The notes beneath the pieces were generated by a model. The model did no database searches and had not been told where the DNA came from. It was given only the letters and a program-made list of their open reading frames with translations. Source: a bacterium (GTDB taxonomy: Bacteria; Zhuqueibacterota; Zhuqueibacteria; Oceanimicrobiales; Oceanimicrobiaceae). Taken from it: 11,787 nt of DNA. The DNA lies in assembly GCA_046757165.1 (NCBI GenBank), contig JBHHXT010000153.1:1-11787 (forward strand), given 5' to 3'. Made by a program: the position numbers and the translations under genes. Within the stretch, counting starts at the first letter, position 1; each line of letters opens with the position of its first letter. Below, piece after piece: positions 7,797 through 11,787 of the stretch.

Positions 7797-9269
7797 ATGA
7801 GAAAACTCTTCATAGGCTGTTTGCTTTTGTCTTGTTGCGTTCCGTCGGGTCAGGCACAGGTTTTTCAACAAACGTTCCGGCTCGACCAGCCGGATCCCAA
7901 GCGTGGCCTCGCCAGCAACACCGTGACAGATATCGTGGTGACAGACCTCGCGATCTGGTTTGGTACCGGCCGTGGATTGAGTAAGACGGTCAATGAGGGG
8001 TTGCTCTTCGAGTCTTTTGACCGCGAGCACGGTCTTGGCAAAGGCGGCGTTTCTGGTCTGGCGGTGAGTGACTCGGTCATCTGGGTGGCCACCGGGTTTG
8101 ACACTTCGACCTCTGTGGGAGTGGTCAGCGCGGGTGGCGGCCTGGCCTACTCGCTGGACCAGGGCGGAAGCTGGCATTTCGTGCCACAACCTGGCGTCAC
8201 GCCGGCTCAGAATATTACCTTTGATATCGCCCTCAGGAAGAATCCCGCAGCTATCAGCAGCTACGAAGTCTGGATTACGAGCTTTGGCGGCGGGCTGAGA
8301 AAATCGGATGACCTCGGGGCGTCCTGGACCGTTGTGACGCCGGATTCATTCATTTTCGATCCCAATGCACATCTCAACCATCGGGCCTTCTCCGTTCGGA
8401 ATACTGACGGGACGTTGTGGGTCGGCACCGCCGGCGGCATCAACCGCTCGACCGATGGCGGGGTGACGTGGACCAATTTCCGACATGACTCCACGAGAAT
8501 CGACCAGAGCATTTCCGGCAATTTTGTGGTGGCGATTGCGCAGCAGAAGCACAACGGCCGCACGATTATCTGGGCCGGCACCCGCGAGACGACGGTCGAG
8601 TCGGGCGACCAGACAGAATTCCGCGGTATTTCATGGAGCCCGGACCAGGGATTTACCTGGCAAACGGCGTTGGCTGGCGAAACCATCCACAACATCGCCT
8701 TCGATGATTCCGTTGTCTACGCCGCGGCAGACCAGGGGTTGTTCAAGTCAAATGATTTCGGCCTGAACTGGTTTTTGTTTCCCACCATTGCAAACCCCAC
8801 CGGAACGCGCCAGATTCTGGCGACCGAAGCCTTCGATGCCGGGGTCACACGCGACCACACGCTCTGGGTCGGCACGAGCAACGGGCTGGCCAAGAGCTCG
8901 GACAACGGCGCGACCTGGGAGATCTTTCAGATATTTCCGCCCACGGGCACAGACGGTGAGCCGAGAACCTATGCCTACCCCAATCCATTTTCGCCAGGTG
9001 TGCACAATCGCCTGCGGGGCGACGGGCACGTGCGCTTTCAATACAATACCCGAAACGAGACCCGGGTGACCATTAAGATCTATGATTTCGCCATGCAGCA
9101 GGTGGCGACGGTGGTCGAAGATGTTGCCCGGCCTGCAAACGGCGATTTCTACGAAACCTGGAACGGCAAAACCGCGCGCGGCGAGCAGGTGCACAATGGC
9201 GTCTACTTTTACCGCCTCGAGCTCGAAGGCGACGGCACCTTTTGGGGCAAGCTGATCATCTTGAATTAG
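7797..9269 (+). CDS. Secreted BNR/Asp-box beta-propeller protein with C-terminal FlgD-Ig / T9SS type-A-sorting-like domain
   Basis: Signal peptide MRKLFIGCLLLSCCVPSGQA-Q. Asp boxes SLDQGGSW, SDDLGASW, STDGGVTW, SPDQGFTW, SNDFGLNW and SSDNGATW, plus degenerate TVNEGLLF. CTD YAYPNPF...IKIYD...WNGK...G..VHNGVYFYRL...GKLIILN from nt 8970. The ATG directly abuts the upstream TAA. Confidence 0.87.
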   Translation: MRKLFIGCLLLSCCVPSGQAQVFQQTFRLDQPDPKRGLASNTVTDIVVTDLAIWFGTGRGLSKTVNEGLLFESFDREHGLGKGGVSGLAVSDSVIWVATGFDTSTSVGVVSAGGGLAYSLDQGGSWHFVPQPGVTPAQNITFDIALRKNPAAISSYEVWITSFGGGLRKSDDLGASWTVVTPDSFIFDPNAHLNHRAFSVRNTDGTLWVGTAGGINRSTDGGVTWTNFRHDSTRIDQSISGNFVVAIAQQKHNGRTIIWAGTRETTVESGDQTEFRGISWSPDQGFTWQTALAGETIHNIAFDDSVVYAAADQGLFKSNDFGLNWFLFPTIANPTGTRQILATEAFDAGVTRDHTLWVGTSNGLAKSSDNGATWEIFQIFPPTGTDGEPRTYAYPNPFSPGVHNRLRGDGHVRFQYNTRNETRVTIKIYDFAMQQVATVVEDVARPANGDFYETWNGKTARGEQVHNGVYFYRLELEGDGTFWGKLIILN

Positions 9270-9284
9270 AGCAGGAGCTGAATC

Positions 9285-10301
9285 TTGAAAATCGACATTC
9301 CTCGGACCCCCATCTTACTCGTAGTTGGCTGCCTTGCTTTTCTAATGGTCGTACCGGGCGCGGACTTGTATGGCCAGGGGGGCAGGGCAGGCGCTTTTCT
9401 GCGCGTGGGCGTTGGTGCGCGCGCCAAAGCGCTTGGCGATGCCTATTCCGCCATCGCGACCGGGGTGGAGGCGGCCTACTACAATCCGGCGGGGTTGCCC
9501 TTTATCGAGAATAAGCAGGTGATGGCGTCCTATCGATTTCTTTCCCTTGACCGGCAGTTTAGCTACATCGGATTCGGGATGCCGGTTCAGCCAAAGGCCC
9601 GCAAGGGGCAGAAAGCCATCAACGGGGGCTTCTCGCTTGCCTGGCTGCGCGCAGGCGTCGAAGATATCGACGGCCGCAATACCGACGGCGAACATTTTGA
9701 CGATCTGTCCAACAGCGAAAATGCCTTTGTTTTTGCCTTCGCACTCAATCCGGCGCCCATGCTGTCATTTGGACTGACATTCAAGGTGCTCTGGAACCGG
9801 TTTCCAAGTCTGGGTTCGGAAGGCGAGACCATCTCCGCCAGCGGCGTCGGATTTGATTTCGGGGCCATGCTCTTCCCGGTAGATTGGCTCACCTTAGGCG
9901 TCGTGGTCAAGGAGATTAACTCGAAATACCGCTGGAACACCGAAGACCTTTTTGGCGAGGATGGCTCAGAGACGGTCGATGATTTCCCGAAGATCATTCG
10001 TTACGGCGTGGCCCTGACCCCGCCCAGATTTGGCAAGGTCATTCTCGCGTTGGATTATGAACAAATCTACAAGGAAAAGATCTTTGCAAGCAAATTGGAT
10101 GACCGCCTTCATATCGGCGCCGAAGCCGCTTTCTGGCATGACTTTGTGGTCCGTGCCGGTTTTGATGACGGCTCCGTCACCGCTGGCGGCGGCTATGCGT
10201 TTTCGCTCATCGGCAAGAAGTCGCAGTTGAACTACGCCTTTATCTCTCCCGGCAACAGGCCGGAGGAAGAGCACATCTTCAGCTGGGTCTTTCAGTTTTA
10301 G
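9285..10301 (+). CDS. PorV/PorQ-family (FadL-like) outer-membrane beta-barrel, paralog 1
   Basis: N-terminal motif AFLRVGVGARAKALGDAY...AAYYNPAGL, alternating beta-strand pattern and C-terminal Phe (SWVFQF). SD AGGAG at 9273-9277 with a TTG start. Confidence 0.87.
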   Translation: MKIDIPRTPILLVVGCLAFLMVVPGADLYGQGGRAGAFLRVGVGARAKALGDAYSAIATGVEAAYYNPAGLPFIENKQVMASYRFLSLDRQFSYIGFGMPVQPKARKGQKAINGGFSLAWLRAGVEDIDGRNTDGEHFDDLSNSENAFVFAFALNPAPMLSFGLTFKVLWNRFPSLGSEGETISASGVGFDFGAMLFPVDWLTLGVVVKEINSKYRWNTEDLFGEDGSETVDDFPKIIRYGVALTPPRFGKVILALDYEQIYKEKIFASKLDDRLHIGAEAAFWHDFVVRAGFDDGSVTAGGGYAFSLIGKKSQLNYAFISPGNRPEEEHIFSWVFQF

Positions 10302-10446
10302 GCGCTGACGAGTTCTTTTCTGTCACTTTTTGGCAAGCCCCGACTGTCCTGATTGTATTCCTAAAATGACTGTCGGGGCAAGACTTTTTTGTAACACACT
10401 TTTTTTCGAGTTTCGAGTTTAGGATTTCGAATTCCGGCTTCGGTAA
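10299..10446. mobile_element. MITE-like palindromic element, copy 2 (inverted relative to copy 1; core 10305-10429)
   Basis: The reverse complement of 10305-10429 matches 1708-1833 except for one homopolymer indel (A7 vs A8) and two substitutions. The outer ends are more degenerate, so the boundaries are approximate. Confidence 0.7.
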
Positions 10447-10460
10447 GAAAGGAGCTTCTC

Positions 10461-11390
10461 TTGAAAACAGCGCGATATGGCATTCTGGTTTTTTCGATGA
10501 CGGTGACCGTGCTGGCTAACAGCATGGCTTATTCTCAAGCCGGCAACGCAGGTGCGGCGGGTCTGGCTTTTCTCAAGCTGGGGGTCGGCGCTCGAGCCTC
10601 TGCGCTTGGCGAAGCTTACACGAGCATGAGCGGCGATGCTACGGCAACGTATTGGAATCCAGCGGGCCTCGCGGCCCTTTCGACCTCGCAGTTGACATTC
10701 ACCCATACCGAATGGTTGCAGGACATCTCCAATGATTTCCTGGCGGTGGCTTTTCCGGGGTTTGGCGGTACTGTCGGAGTCAGTCTCTACGCGAATCGCG
10801 TCGATGGCATCGAGCGCCGCGTCATTCCCACGGCCGAGCCGATTGGCACGATCGATGCCAATGATATTGCAGCAAGCCTCTCTTACGGCCGCTATTGGGG
10901 CGACCAATTCAGTGCCGGCGTAACGGTCAAGTATCTCTACGAGAAGATCTATATCGAGAGCGCCGCAGGATACGCCTTCGACTTTGGGGTGGGGCTGCAA
11001 CCCTTCGAAGGGCCGCTGCACTTGGGGGTGGTGGTGCAGAACCTCGGTTCCATGGACGATTTACTCGACCAGGCGGTACAATTGCCGACTACGGTGCGCG
11101 CTGGCGCCAGCTACCAGATCGAGTTTGCCGCGCTGGATGGCGCGCTGGTCGTGGCCGCAGACGGGATCAAAGTGCGTGACCAGGACGCGCATGTGAATGT
11201 CGGGGCCGAGCTTGTGCTCAAGCACCATCTCGCTTTCCGCTTTGGCTATCAGAGCGGGTTTGAGGAAAAGGCCTTCGGTGGTGGATTCGGTTTGAACTTT
11301 CAGCAACGATATCATCTGGATTACGGCTACGCACCGTTTAGTTCGAATCTGGGCGATACCCACCGGTTTTCGCTCAGCGTCGATTTGTAA
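10461..11390 (+). CDS. PorV/PorQ-family (FadL-like) outer-membrane beta-barrel, paralog 2
   Basis: Motifs AFLKLGVGARASALGEAY...ATYWNPAGLA, FDFGV, VVQNLG, LPTTVRAG and LDYGYAPFSSNLGDTHRFSL. Signal peptide present. SD AAGGAG at 10449-10454 with a TTG start. Confidence 0.9.
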   Translation: MKTARYGILVFSMTVTVLANSMAYSQAGNAGAAGLAFLKLGVGARASALGEAYTSMSGDATATYWNPAGLAALSTSQLTFTHTEWLQDISNDFLAVAFPGFGGTVGVSLYANRVDGIERRVIPTAEPIGTIDANDIAASLSYGRYWGDQFSAGVTVKYLYEKIYIESAAGYAFDFGVGLQPFEGPLHLGVVVQNLGSMDDLLDQAVQLPTTVRAGASYQIEFAALDGALVVAADGIKVRDQDAHVNVGAELVLKHHLAFRFGYQSGFEEKAFGGGFGLNFQQRYHLDYGYAPFSSNLGDTHRFSLSVDL

Positions 11391-11393
11391 CCT

Positions 11394-11428
11394 TCAGCTC
11401 TTGGCACTTAGCTGTTGGCTATTGGTCT
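11394..11428 (+). repeat. Degenerate heptamer tandem repeat (5 units, approximately TT(G/A)GCTN)
   Basis: TCAGCTC TTGGCAC TTAGCTG TTGGCTA TTGGTCT, starting 3 nt after the stop codon at 11390. Confidence 0.55.
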
Positions 11429-11502
11429 CGCGGTCAACTTCCGTGGGAATACTATCGCACGGCGGTTTGTTCCTGCCACGTTCAATTGGTTGAAGATTTT
11501 GC

Positions 11503-11531
11503 TTGTAATAAATTCTCAAACTCGTTAAATT
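11503..11531 (+). promoter_or_regulatory. Putative sigma70 promoter pointing toward the right edge of the window
   Basis: TTGTAA (11503-11508), 17-bp spacer, TAAATT (11526-11531). The AT-rich context makes a chance match possible. Confidence 0.4.
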
Positions 11532-11647
11532 GCCTTTAGAACAACGACGAAAATGAACACTGCCCCTTAGAAATCCCCTAATCTTAAGTAAAGCAGATAG
11601 TTAGACGATAAAACCAGCAACTATTCAAGCAGATAGGCTTAGACTTT

Positions 11648-11723
11648 TAGGCTGCAGGAAGTTGCCCCACAAAGCAGGGCAATTATCATCTATCACAAAA
11701 CCGAAGAATTTCCTGACAGCCTA
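11648..11723. mobile_element. ~76-bp MITE-like unit with imperfect terminal inverted repeats
   Basis: TAGGCTG-CAGGAAGTT (11648-11663) versus the reverse complement of 11707-11723, TAGGCTGTCAGGAAATT (one gap, one mismatch). Internal hairpin TTGCCC..GGGCAA (11662-11682). Confidence 0.45.
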
Positions 11724-11740
11724 CAGCCTAACAACCTAAT

Positions 11741-11768
11741 TTTTTTCGCAGACTTCGCTGCGAAAAAA
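11741..11768. repeat. Perfect 11-bp inverted repeat
   Basis: TTTTTTCGCAG-ACTTCG-CTGCGAAAAAA. The T-run lies 5' of the stem on both strands, so it is not a canonical intrinsic terminator. Confidence 0.6.
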
Positions 11769-11787
11769 GTCATTTAGCGCTTCGCGC

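Noticed and set aside
1708..10429. Composite transposon or CRISPR interpretation of the repeat pair
   Set aside because: No transposase or cas gene, no repeat-spacer periodicity and no shared flanking target duplication. The enclosed genes are mostly housekeeping, and the right copy splits a paralog pair.
11553..11570. Mini-ORF MNTAP downstream of the putative promoter
   Set aside because: No SD and no attenuator-like codon bias; a 5-codon ORF is expected by chance.
11741..11768. Rho-independent terminator
   Set aside because: The stem is followed by an A-run, not a U-run, on both strands.

Overview
Bacterial chromosomal window, moderately GC-rich in coding regions. The gene content suggests an FCB-group lineage such as KSB1 or Calditrichota (inference only). 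Eleven supportable CDSs: a DUF1684 lipoprotein, an AlaX tRNA-editing protein, fxsA (minus strand), a probable operon (lipoprotein, divergent polysaccharide deacetylase, pdxJ, class-3 L-asparaginase), and a four-gene envelope cassette. The cassette encodes a probable lipoprotein with four DDG..GD..AGDG Ig-like repeats, an Asp-box beta-propeller with a FlgD-Ig/T9SS-like C-terminal domain, and two tandem PorV/PorQ-family barrels. The most striking non-coding feature is a ~126-bp element present twice in inverted orientation (1708-1833 and 10305-10429, 3 differences). It has nested inverted repeats and heptamer repeats, and both copies abut stop codons. Other spacers hold a REPIN-like doublet, a REP-like GC hairpin, a ~76-bp MITE-like unit and degenerate heptamer runs. 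No transposase, recombinase, rRNA, tRNA or CRISPR array was seen.
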